Assembly: GCA_964019425.1 (NCBI GenBank)
Contig: OZ025804.1
Location: forward strand, 1,054,001-1,118,000
Length of the DNA: 64,000 nucleotides
Reading direction: 5' to 3'
Origin: Flectonema sp. DT1601
Taxonomy: Eukaryota
Shown: piece after piece, positions 51,801 through 64,000 of the stretch
Numbering within the stretch: the stretch's first letter is position 1
How the letters are laid out: every line of letters starts with the position of its first letter
The notes under the pieces: model-generated
The model's database searches: none
Told to the model about the DNA's origin: nothing
Seen by the model: the letters and a program-made list of their open reading frames with translations, nothing else
Position numbers and translations under genes: made by a program

Positions 51801-54800
51801 TTTTGTTTTTCGGTGTACAGTCCATCGTTGTTTTCAATATAAATATTAATTTCCATTGACGGATCAACATCAGGACCAATCACATCAAAAATAAACGGAA
51901 GAACAACATCACTGTCTGGTTTGAGTAAGAATTGAGCAATTGAAGTCTTTCGTTTACTATCAACCCATTCAGAGTGAGGTGTCCAATCAAATTCAAGAGG
52001 ATAAGTTGTATTCAACTGTGATAAGAATGTCCCCGGCCAACTTGAATATCTCGTCTTCTCAAGACCATAGTCCTCAGGGTTAATCGACTTCTTAAATCTG
52101 ATAAATCCATCCCAAAAGAACTTCGGTTTTGGATAAATAGTTTCCGTATTTGTATATGTTGGTAATGATTGACTTTCAGAGATCGTCAGAGATTTCGTTA
52201 ACGTCTTTGTTAAAGATGTTGATTCTGTTGCGATCAGTGTATGAGTAGCGGTAAACGATCTAGTCTTACTCGGTGTCGGTTTTGTTAAATTAGCTAAAGT
52301 CTGACTAGAGACACTATTACTTCCGGTGTATGTTGGCGAATGAAATGTTCCCGTCGTCGTTTCTGTTGGACTTCCGAGTGTGATCGAAGCAGTAATTTCT
52401 GATGATAAACTTTCAGAGATCGTATTCGTCTCCGTCGGTGATGTTTGCGTCACAGAAAACGAATGACTTAAAGACAACGACTCTGATATCGTACTGGTGT
52501 GCTTTGTTACTGTGGTTTTGGTTTTGTTCTTTGTTTTCCCAACAACTATAAAACATAACATATAAATACTTCAAAACATACCCGTAACCAGATCAGTCAA
52601 CGTCTCTGTTGCCGTAAATGAAGAAGAAAACGTCTCCGTTGGAGACGGGCCAGGAAGCCTCGCAATAAGCCACTTCTGTAATGTTTGGTTATACATCGCA
52701 TCCACTTTATTCCATCCTGTTTTTGGTTTATTATTATTTACTTTCTTTAAAAAAAGAAAACGTTCGTAAGAAGAAAGTCTCGTTTATTTAGAGTTTTTGT
52801 TTTTAAAAAAAAAAAAAAAAAACCCACAAATTACTATAATAGCAGACAGGGAGTTCTTACAATAAAGAACGCAGATCCTCCGTTTTGAATTCATTTCTCC
52901 ACTTCCGCTATAAAACAGAATGTTAAATAACATGTTAATAAAAAACAAGTTTGTCAATGTGTTCTTTCTTTCCTCGTATGGTGCGACGACGAAGTTTGTT
53001 TTTTTTGGATTTGAGTGAGTTGGAATAATCTGACAACACTGTATTTAACGCGAGATGCGTTGTGACGAGAGTTCACCTCAACATCCAATAGTTGTCTAAT
53101 TCGGGACTGCTAGAGGGGCGAGTATCGACAACAGAACAAGAATGCGATCAGTGGTAACTCCATTTTGTCCGATTGAAGCCCTCAAATCATCAGGCAACAA
53201 CGAGTGATATAAACAAATAAAAATTATCATCCTGTCAGCGAAAAATTTTTTAGGCAACGAACAGACAGCAAAAGAAACTGACATCATGAGGCTGTCATTT
53301 CCTCTCCACTTACGAAAACTGCCTGACAGAAGTTGTTCGGTGGAAAGGGCGGACATGGAAGTTGGCATGCTGGATTTATCCTCCAACGCCAGAGGCTGTT
53401 GAAGACCGACGAGGCTGAACAGCAGAAGAACAAGAATATGATCAGTGGTAACTCCATTTTGTCCGATTGAAGCCCTCAAATCATCAGGCAACAACGAGTG
53501 ATATAAACAAATAAAAATTATCATCCTGTCAACGAAAGACTTTTTAGGCAACGAACAGACAGCAAAAACAGACATCATGAGGCTGCCATTTCCTCTCCAC
53601 TTACGAAAACTGCCTGACAGAAGTTGTTCGGGGGAAAGGGCGGACATGGAAGTTGGCATGCTGGACTTACCCTCCAACGCCAGAGGCTGTTGAAGACCGA
53701 CGAGGCTGAACAGCAGAAGAACAAGAATGTGATCAGTGGTAACTCCATTTTGTCCGATTGAAGCCCTCAAATCATCAGGCAACAACGAGTGATATAAACA
53801 AATAAAAATTATCATCCTGTCAACGAAAAACTTTTTAGGCAACGAACAGACAGCAAAAGAAACTGACATCATGAGGCTGCCATTTCCTCTCCACTTACGA
53901 AAACTGCCTGACAGAAGTTGTTCGGTGGAAAGGGCGGACATGGAAGTTGACATGCTGGATTTATCCTCCAACGCCAGGCTGAACAGCAGAAGAACAAGAA
54001 TGTGATCAGTGGTAACTCCATTTTGTCCGATTGAAGCCCTCAAATCATCAGGCAACAACGAGTGATATAAACAAATAAAAATTATCATCCTGTCAACGAA
54101 AGACTTTTCAGGCAACGAACAGACAGCAAAAAAACTGACATCATGAGGCTGCCATTTCCTCTCCACTTACGAAAACTGCCTGACAGAAGTTGTTCGGTGG
54201 AAAGGGCGGACATGGAAGTTGGCATGCTGGATTTATCCTCCAACGCCAGAGGCTGTTGAAGACCGACGAGGCTGAACAGCAGAAGAACAAGAATATGATC
54301 AGTGGTAACTCCATTTTGTCCGATTGAAGCCCTCAAATCATCAGGCAACAACGAGTGATATAAACAAATAAAAATTATCATCCTGTCAACTAAAAACTTT
54401 TTAGGCAACGAACAGACAGCAAAAACAGATATCATGAGGCTGCCATTTCCTCTGCGAAAACTGCCTGACCTGACGTTGTACGGGGGAAAGGGCGGACATG
54501 GAAGTTGGCATGCTGGATTTATCCTCCAACGCCAGAGGCTGTTGAAGACCTACGAGACCGAACAGAAGAAGAACAAGAATGCGATCAGTGGTAACTCCAT
54601 TTTGTCCGATTGAAGCCCTCAAATCATCAGGCAACAACGAGTGATATAAACAAATAAAGATTATCATCCTGTCAACGAAAAACTTTTCAGGCAACGAACA
54701 GACAGCAAAAAAACTGACATCATGAGGCTGCCATTTCCTCTCCACTTACGAAAACTGCCTGACAGAAGTTGTTCGGGGGAAAGGGCGGACATGGAAGTTG

Positions 54801-57800
54801 GCATGCTGGATTTACCCTCCAACGCCAGAGGCTGTTGAAGACCGACGAGGCTGAACAGCAGAAGAACAAGAATATGATCAGTGGTAACTCCATTTTGTCC
54901 GATTGAAGCCCTCAAATCATCAGGCAACAACGAGTGATATAAACAAATAAAAATTATCATCCTGTCAACGAAAAACTTTTCAGGCAACGAACAGACAGCA
55001 AAAACAGACATCATGAGGCTGCCATTTCCTCTACGAAAACTGGCGATGGAGTTGACCGAAGGTGGCGGACATGGAACTGGACTTACCCTCCAACGCCAGA
55101 GGCTGTTGAAGACCGACGAGGCTGAACAGCAGAAGAACAAGAATATGATCAGTGGTAACTCCATTTTGTCCGATTGAAGCCCTCAAATCATCAGGCAACA
55201 ACGAGTGATATAAACAAATAAAAATTATCATCCTGTCAACTAAAAACTTTTTAGGCAACGAACGGGGAGACTTCTATTTCCTCTCCACTTCCGAAAAAGT
55301 GCGACATGGAGCTGACCGAAGTTGTTCCGGGGAACTAAAGATATTAAAGATACAAACCTGTCAAATTGAAATCATCAGCGTAGCGCATGTTTCCGATAAG
55401 TTCCCCGACTACAAAGAGTTGAGCAGTTGAAGGTCCGTAATTTGATATATTTAAATAAACAGTACCTCGCCTACCAGGTAAGACAGTCATGTCATCGTAT
55501 TCAACAGCAATACGACAATCAGGAGGGTATGGTTGATATTTCTTTACAACAAATCTCGAGGAGTCGTTTCGATTATTCGAAGTCTCCAATTCAACACCCA
55601 AATGATTAGTTCCCCTCCCCCAAGACTCAACTGTGATTTCTAAGGGTTCACGTAATCCAGTGTATACATCAGATTTAAATAACAAAGTGTAATTTGCTTC
55701 ATTGTTCCATATCTCACAAACAACAATCTCATTAGACGAGTCAGAATACAAACAAACATCAGGTAAATTGTACAACTTATTCGCTTCAAGATGAGGACCT
55801 CCTTTTACAATGTCAGTCGGTCCTATGGTGATGTTAATGCTAATCGTATTGTAACCGTACCTACCCCATGCTGTTGATGTTTTTATCGGTAAGTTAGATA
55901 AGAATACAGCAATGTCGTAGGAATTTCCAGCAGCGACCTTTCTTGTTTCAAACCAACTATCTTCTCTGGTAGTGTTCAGCCATGTATCATGCATCATAGT
56001 AGAGTCAACCAAGATAGCTGGACGTAGTCCTATGGTTATGCTGGGTGAGTAGATTTCATAAGAAACTTCCTCAAGAGTGTCACAGAACGATAATGAATGA
56101 CCTGATGGAGCTTGACTGACACTCCTTGATGAAAAACTAGCACTTGAGACTGTGATATTCATACAAAGGAAATCTGATGTGATGCCGTGGTACAACGGAA
56201 TCGTTACGTTTGTGTGAGTTTTTCCAGAAATATGTCCAAATGAACAATTCAAAATCTGATCATTTATTTTCTCACACGGATTACTCTGATCAAACTCCAA
56301 CAAGTGACGAGAACCTTTAGTCTGACCAACGTCAGTTGATTGCCACACACTTTCACTGTAATTGTCTTTTCCAGGATTGAGAGACAAGATTGCAGTTACA
56401 GTTTGAGCAGAGCTTAATAAATGAGCTGAATTACTAATCAGAAGTGTAAATAACGTTGTTGAATCTTTTGTATGAGCCGATGAGTTGTATGTAATTATTT
56501 CTAAAATCGGAAGGTGAGGCCAGATTTCAATCGACGACTTATCGTCGTACGGTACCAAGTCGTCCTCATCCACAGCAATACTTGTTAACTCCACATCAAT
56601 CACTATCGGTATTTCATTTTCAACAGGTGACGGTGTAGTCATAACGTGACTCCATGAATACGGTAATAACACATCGGGGTATTCACAAATTATTTTATTC
56701 CTCCTTCCCAAATAGATTCCACTGCAATTCTCACTTTGAGAAAAGTCATTAAAATCATGGGTTTCTAAAATAAGATTTCCCGTATTATGCGAATCGATTA
56801 TTATTTTAGTACCGTGGTAGACTCCCTTTCCGTCTATAGAAACGTTTAATTGGAATAACACGTCTTGTCCTGGAATGTGGGGGCTGATTGGAAACAAATC
56901 AATGACCGCATTCGGTCTATTCACCGGAACTGTGAAATAATCAGAAACAAAAATCCCTCTTGAAATCCACGAGCTCGGAGTCGACGTCACATTTGCTTTT
57001 ACATAAAAATCACCTTTAGCTGAAGGCGCTATTAGAAATGTTATGGAACCTGATTTTTCCCATGTCCCTGATTGGGGTGGCATCTTACACGTTAATAACG
57101 ACAACGAGCAAGACACGTCTTCATTGTCTGATATCAATTGCTCGATTAGATATAAAAAAGATGGATCGTGAGCGACTATTTCAAACGATAAAACAACGTC
57201 ACTAAAATACGCATCCATTTCTTGGTATTGAGTGAGATTCCAGAACACGGTAACGGGTTCCATCACCCATGCTTCCATCGCAGGGAAATAGAGATTTATA
57301 ACCAAGTCAGGTGCCGGGGTTAAGTCTAAAAATAAATTGTGAACTCGACCAGATGGATTCTGAAGAGAGCTAACGACACAAGAAGCGTTGAATTCGGATA
57401 TCTCATCCGACAACAACAATTCAAATAAGAAAAAAGGAGATTCATCCCAACGAATTTCACTTGCCAGAATCCTACTCCCATCCCAGTTGTCCGACACCAT
57501 TATAATAACAGATTCGGTAGTGTTTGATTCAGTCCCAGCAGTAACTGTTTCAGTCGGGACTTCAGTCCTCGTTGCTTGTTCTGGATAGGGGTAAACTGGC
57601 CTAATTAAACCAGAATACACTTCATTCGCTGTGTCCGTTCCAGAAAAACTGTCATCCCTAACAATTTTATAAATTCTGATGAATTGATTGAAAGTACAAT
57701 TCACATTGACGTCAGTCGCAATCGCTTCATTCGGTAATGAAAGATTCATTCTCAGAGTTGATAAATGACCAGGATGGAGTTGAGTAACATTCTCAACAAA

Positions 57801-60800
57801 GATTGATATATCAGGGATGACTGAATCGATAGACAGTTCATTAAAGAAGTTTGCTTCTTTCAAAGCATCGAAATTCGTCATCGTTGTTTGAGCAACAATA
57901 CCAGAATGACCATGAGAAGTGTATTGTTTAAATAATGAAATCCAAATACCCCATTCATTCCCAGGTTTCACAACCGATCCTATTAAACACGACAACGTTG
58001 GAAAGCTGTAGTCACTTAGAGAACCGTTTACCATCGTGTAATTACATCCTTCTTGGAGGTCGTTTTCAAACCCACCTGAGATGCTTATTCCGTAAAAATT
58101 TATTTCAACCCGAACATCATCAGCAAATGAACTCTCATGAGTATAATTAACGAAAACTCTCGACACGTATCCAGGCCTCACTATATTAGCAGTGATGTGA
58201 ATGAATCCGGTTGGATTCGCAATGTTTTCAGATAGGAAAATCGAACTTGAATTTAAAAAGTTTGGAAACGAAACATCCGGATACGACGACAACACATCAG
58301 TTTGAATAACTCCACTCGGATGTCTACTTGATATGTAATATGATAAGGTGACATCGAAATGTGATCCTGGTGCGATACCCTGATCAATGTTCCAAGTACA
58401 GACCCATCTATGCTCCATTGGTTGTTTCCATTTCCATGGTGTTAATGAACTTCCATTTGTATTTCCACGATGTGAATATAATGATTGATGATGAACACAC
58501 AACCAAGTAGTCACAACTCCGTCGAAATTACCAACCAACGACCCATCCAATTCAATAGTTTGCTCTGTGTAAGGTTGTGTGATTTCAACTAGAATCGAGA
58601 TTCTTTCTAAATTTGGAATTCCTTGTTGGGACACAAATGTTCCATTTACTACAACATAATGTTGGTATCCAATACGAGGGATGTCTGTAGGACTGATCTG
58701 ATCGTACCTAACGTACGGTTCGATAACAACCATCGTAGCGTTAGAACTGTGTTGGTTATTCGGATGGAGGTGATTATACCAAATTGCTGTTATTCGTAAC
58801 CCGTCTGGTGTTAACCAACCATCGGGTCTGCCAGGCTCAATTCTTTGAAGTTCGATACCAATTTTATTATCCAACCATGTCTCACCTGGACCTAAAGTAA
58901 CATCACAAGTAACAACTCTCGTAGAGTTTGCTTCACATGATGAAGGAATGTTCCAAAATCCTTTTATTGCTAAGAAATCATCCGGGAATGAAATCTCAAC
59001 ATGAATGACTGCCCATCCAGGACCATTGTTCACAATGACGGGTCTAATTGTGTAGTTTTGATCAACTAAACCTGCACCTGTTGACATATTAATATAAAAG
59101 TCTACATCAGGTATCATTGGCATTGATTGATGCATCGCTGAACGTGGTTGATCTTCTGTCGGGTCAGTTGGATACATTTCATAGTTCAAAGTCATGTCAT
59201 CTCCGAAATATATGAAATTATTTTCAGTTGGTTGAACCAACCGAACCCAAGCGATAAACGATCCCCTCATTTTAATTGGAATTACAACTGAAAACAGTCC
59301 ATTCCACTGTTTTGATAAGTTTCCAGGATCACACAGAACAACAGACGAACTGTTAGTAGTCGTATTGTACAAACTGTAATTCATCGTTGAGAACCAACAC
59401 GATGAAGGAATAGTCCACTCGACATTATAATCTGACAATGGAAGCTCAACAAAAATAACAACATCAGATTCTGATAAGTCTTTTCCACCAGTTGGATGTT
59501 CGTTGTTTACATTTATTAAAAATGAATATTCCAATCCATTAAAAATATGATCTTCTGAATGTATGTACACTATCACATACTGGTCTTCTTCAGTACAATT
59601 CCTTCCTTTATAACCAGGTGAGCAGTATTGACAGAGATGACCACTAGTGTGAAAGGGACATTCACATTCTCCAGCGATGCATTTTGAGTCTTCTGCAGGA
59701 CACCATTTCGTAGTTTCGCATTTCGTGTTACACACATCTCCATACCAACCTGAAAGACATTTCGAACAGTTGCTTTGAGGATCCCAATGACCTCGGAGAT
59801 TATCTTCAAAGCATTCACACGGCCATGTTGATGCTTGTTGAGTGCAGTGACCGTTTCCATTACACGTCAACACCTCATCACATTCATTACAAGTTCCTTG
59901 ATAAAGATCACATCCTTTAGAACAGTTATGAGACATTGAATCAGCTGATGGACAAATCTCATACGATGGGACACAATGAACACCCTCATCGTTAATACAC
60001 TTCTTTGGTTTTTGTAATGGACAGCTGCACTCCAACGGATGAGTTGAGTATTCCGCAACACCAGTGTAATGAATGCAGTCAAACAACATCTCTTCTTGAA
60101 TCGTGTAATTTGATTGCAAGAAAAGATTAATCGGAAGAATGAATCTCTGATAAGCACATCCACATTCATACCCTTCAGGAATACATGTAACAATACCATC
60201 ATCGTGAGTACATGGTTGATGGTTTTCAGGACAATAGAAATCACATTTTTCAGGTGAAATCTCAGTTCCGTTGTGACGGCTACACTCGTATTTTGAGCAC
60301 TTCTCTCCTGGAAAGCAATTTATCCCTCCAAACCCGTGATTACATTCACAGATACCGTTAGATAAATCACACGTACCACGACCACCCAGACATGGGACTT
60401 GATGAGGACAGATTGCTGTACTTCGTTCACAAGTATACCCAAATGGTGATAAACACTTTTTTGGATATAAAACATCAGAACACGAACAGTCCAGGGGATG
60501 AGTTGCTATCGAAGAATCTGGGCAGGTAGTGTTGTCACATTCAGAGTGAGACGTATCTAAAGAAAGGAGAGATGAACATTCACAACTAACTTCTGAAGAG
60601 TAACAATCAATAATTCCATGGCGAACACACCGAACTGGTGTATCATCAGGACAAGGACAGTCAACAAGTCGAGTTACCAATGCTGAGGTTCCCATGCAGT
60701 TATATATTACGGGTACTTCTGATATTGGAAGTACATTCGTGGAATGACTTCTGAAGATACCAACCAGAGCTTCACCTGTTAAGGATTGTCTCAGTGGATT

Positions 60801-61874
60801 GTATTCTGTTATTGGAGGGTCGTAGTCTCGATGAGAGGTGAGTACTTCAGTACAATTATGTCCTGTGAAACCATCTCTACAGACGCATTGACCTGATGAG
60901 AAATCACAGACTCGGTCTCCAAAATATCCACATGGTTCTGTTTTACAACTTTCGTCTTCCGAAATACAATAAAATCCATCTCTTGTAAAACACTTCTTTG
61001 AGAGATTCTTAGGACACGGACACGCCATCGGAGAGGAAACTTGTCTGTTTGAGTCTTTGCATAGAAATAAACGACAAGATTGAGATTTAAGCATCATTTG
61101 TGAAGTTCGAATGTCAGTCTGACAGCTGCAGTGACCAACATAACATGAAGGCCCTCCCAGAAGTGATAGTTCCGGACAGTGAACCATACCGACAGGACAC
61201 TCAGTTGTGGGTTTCTTTATAACTGAAATCAATGAGGAGGTGGTGTTTACTTCACACGTTCCTTTTAATAAATTACAATAACCAAATTGACCAATCGGAG
61301 AGGATACAAAACATTCTATCTGTTGACAGTCTGAGATACTCGATCCTACAATACATTCATATCCAGTAGATGAAGGGCATTTAAGAGGATGTGAACTTGG
61401 ACAAGGACACTCAACATAAGAACTGACGTATCGCCCTGTCTTGCATTGGACTTCTGATGATAATTGACGTTGAGGATCTGATGCGAAATACGACAGCAGT
61501 CCCAAACATTTTTTATTAAAGAATTGCTGAGATCCTCCACCTGAAGGAGGGAAGCAGATTTCTGATCCTTCGAAAGCAACTCCAATTTCAGATATCAAAC
61601 ATGATGACTTGCAACTACCGTCAGATAAATCTCCTTTTAAACAACGAGTTGAAGGACAACTTGCGTCACATTGAAGTTTCATGTTGCAGATGCCTTGAAA
61701 CCTGTTCCCTTCTTCATCAATCTCTTCACAAGTACCTCCTGATCCCAGTTGAGTACACTCACATGAAGTGTTCTCGGGATAGCAATCAAATCCTTTTTCA
61801 GTTGAGCATATTATGGGAAGGTCACCCGGACACTTCAGCAATCCGACAGCGAACACAAATAATAAAATGTTCAT
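30811..61874 (-). CDS. Giant (~8,057 aa) cell-surface protein: Cys-rich/EGF, Ig-like, Thr-rich, IPT/TIG, long laminin-EGF-like array and multi-pass TM C-terminus; 10 exons
   Basis: Exons 55358-61874, 52582-52716, 50224-52509, 39142-50107, 38347-38536, 36527-38281, 36189-36444, 35629-36112, 33594-33756 and 30811-32232. All junctions are GT-AG and phase-compatible, summing to 24,174 nt. The C-terminus has FGFLLMGY...WYWEAVVMVRKL and several hydrophobic helices. Confidence 0.8.
32351..33550. repeat. Intronic tandem array, ~277-290-bp unit, ~4.3 copies
   Basis: cgagtgtatctcggacgtac recurs at 32351, 32641, 32926, 33203 and 33481; lies in intron 9 of the giant gene. Confidence 0.95.
34065..35578. 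repeat. Intronic tandem array, ~291-bp unit, ~5.3 copies
   Basis: actccattttgtccgattgaagccctcaaatcatcagg recurs every ~285-291 bp; lies in intron 8 of the giant gene. Confidence 0.95.
53133..55263. repeat. Second array of the same ~291-bp unit, ~7.4 copies
   Basis: Same unit and orientation as 34065-35578; lies in intron 1 of the giant gene, with a degenerate tail to ~55333. Confidence 0.95.
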
Positions 61875-61893
61875 TGCATAGTTTTGGTGTGGG

Positions 61894-61924
<31 letters not shown>

Positions 61925-63554
61925 TTTTTTTTAAAAAAAAACTTTTTTTTTTTTTTTTTTCTTTTTCTGAAAAAAAAAAATAAAATTATTATTATTATTA
62001 TTATTATTATAAGCTATATCACTATCGTTGAGAATGAAGAAATTCGATGTCATTTTTTTTTTTTTAAAATTATTTTTCTTCCATTGTTTATATAATGAAA
62101 AGGGGAAAAAAAAAAAGTTATAAGCTACTATATTGTTAAATAATCAATAATAAAAACAAAAACAAGAACAACACTTGACTTTACAAGTTAACACAAACCA
62201 GCAGGTAAGAGAACCAATTTGGACTTTTTTTTTTTTTTTTTTTTTTTACCCCCCCTTCATACAAAAAAAAAAAAGGGTTATCCCCTTTCTTATTATGAAA
62301 TCAATAAAAAGAATTCAACAGGCATTCGATACAAAAATTCGAAAAAAAAAAAGTACATAAAAAGCAAACCATAAAAATACTAACAAAAAAAAAAATTTTT
62401 TTTTAAAAATTCCCCTCATCAAATAAAACAGGGAAGAGTAAACTACTTTCTTTTTTTTTTTTTTTTTTTTTTTTTATTTCCCCAAAAAATCCAACAAAAA
62501 AAAAAACCAATAATTTGGTACTACTAGTTGTAATTAGCTATACCGACAGGAAAGAACCAACGAAGTCAAACAAAGCAAGTAATAGTAACGACACTTAAAG
62601 AGAACCAGAGAGTAACTCTTTTAATGACCACCAGTACTGCGGTAGATGACCGGACCCCCCTCCCCCCAACGAGTAATAGATATCATTTCACAGTGGGATG
62701 CAACTAATTCTTTTTTATCACAAAAAAAACACTAAAATATAAAAAAAAAGAAAATATTACAAGAAAATATTACATAAATGTGAGAAGGAATAGAAGGACA
62801 TCGTGTATTAAGAAAAAGAATTAAGAAGAGAAAAAAAAAAGTTTAAAAATTCTGGGTCCAAATTTCAAAGAGCCAGAGCTATAATAATTAAAAAGAAAAC
62901 ATCAGTAAGAAAGAAAAGGTCAATTTTTTATTTCATTTTTTTTTTATTTTATTTTATGCTTTCTATTCGAAAGCGTGAATCAATTCAGAATACCTGACTA
63001 GTAATCTGAAATGAGAATTACCCTAGAGAGCAGCTAATAACGATGTGTGACGACTCTCCCTTATATAATATGATCCCCAACCCTCCCCTCCCCTGACAGG
63101 ATTAAAAAACACGTCGTTCAAACACATCAGCTACTCTGAATAAAGTAACTTTTTTTGAGATCTACTGAGATTTTTTTTTTTTTAAAAAAAAAAAAATCAA
63201 ACAAATATAAAGAATCCAAAAATAGCAACAACTAAAAAGGGGGGAAGGTCTAAAAAAAAAAAATTGAAAAATTGAAAAACGAGCGCAAATATAAATTCAG
63301 GTTAGCTTAAATGGGATAGGATGCTACCGTTTTTTATGTTTTTTTTTTTTTTTGAAGGAAAAAAAAAAAAAAAAAAATAGTATCACTCAACCCAATTTGG
63401 AACACACAAATTAATTCCTTCAGAATATCCATTACAAGTCAGTGTGTCGAATTAGAGGCCGCATCCCTTATTAAAGGATAGTTCTTGAGTAATTAATATT
63501 TTGTTTGTTTTTTTTTTAAGAATCTTACAGACGCTAATAATAATAATAAATATT

Positions 63555-64000
63555 TCATTTTCTTTTTAAAATAGTAACATTGTCCGCAGTAGAATCTTTC
63601 AATTCGTGAATTCCGTGTGCGTAAACACAACTCGAGCCGTATGGACAGCTTCCCTTGTCTTCGAAAACTCTGCAAAGTTTTGTTCTAAAAAGTTTATTTT
63701 GATCTTTAGATTTCAAAGTCGACGATGCGGGCCCAAGTTCATGTTTTCCATGAGCATATAAACAGCTGGCTCCGTATGGACATCTTCCTTGTTCAGTAAA
63801 CTTAGAACACAGAACAGTCTTAAACTTCGAAGGTACTTTCATCTTTTCATTTTGATAAGAATTCGACTTCCTTTCACGAACAACATCACCAGCAATGGTA
63901 AAAGTACACTTCTCTGGTTCTGACTGACGAGTTGTCGATTTGGTTGTTTTTAAAATATCCACATACGACGTAGTTTCTTTTTTTGGAGTTCCACTCCCTG
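63555..64000 (-). CDS. Tandem CCCH zinc-finger RNA-binding protein (TIS11/ZFP36-type fingers), 5' part outside the window
   Basis: KFKTVLC-x8-C-x5-C-x3-H and FRTKLC-x8-C-x5-C-x3-H; the frame is open to the window edge. Confidence 0.9.
   Translation of the reverse strand, partial: GSGTPKKETTSYVDILKTTKSTTRQSEPEKCTFTIAGDVVRERKSNSYQNEKMKVPSKFKTVLCSKFTEQGRCPYGASCLYAHGKHELGPASSTLKSKDQNKLFRTKLCRVFEDKGSCPYGSSCVYAHGIHELKDSTADNVTILKRK

Noticed and set aside
53096..55258. Repetitive ORFs (MIIFICLYHSLLPDD...) in the 291-bp arrays
   Set aside because: Intronic, broken by variable frameshifts and stops between units, with no recognisable domain.

Overview
AT-rich eukaryotic (protist) genomic DNA with long poly-A/T tracts and GT-AG introns. 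Every credible gene is on the minus strand. That layout suggests a euglenozoan, possibly diplonemid-like, directional gene cluster, but this is inference only. Contents: (1) Two duplicated clusters of a ubiquitin-like + variable-LRR + C-terminal CCCFN gene family (6, 9, 11 and 25 LRR modules, plus a deletion remnant), interleaved with a 53-aa 8-Cys microprotein gene. (2) A 696-bp non-coding retroposon-like insert with a 20-bp target-site duplication, whose exact 5' end folds as an HDV-like self-cleaving ribozyme; it disrupts the longest LRR gene. (3) A decayed MULE/Mutator transposon inside an intron of a Cbl-TKB/SH2-like gene. (4) FYVE, CISD/NEET, PDZ, DBP2/DDX5, SGNH-like and CCCH genes. (5) One 31-kb, 10-exon gene predicted to encode a ~8,057-aa EGF/IPT-rich multi-pass membrane protein, whose introns carry tandem repeat arrays. 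All calls were made by eye, with no database searches.
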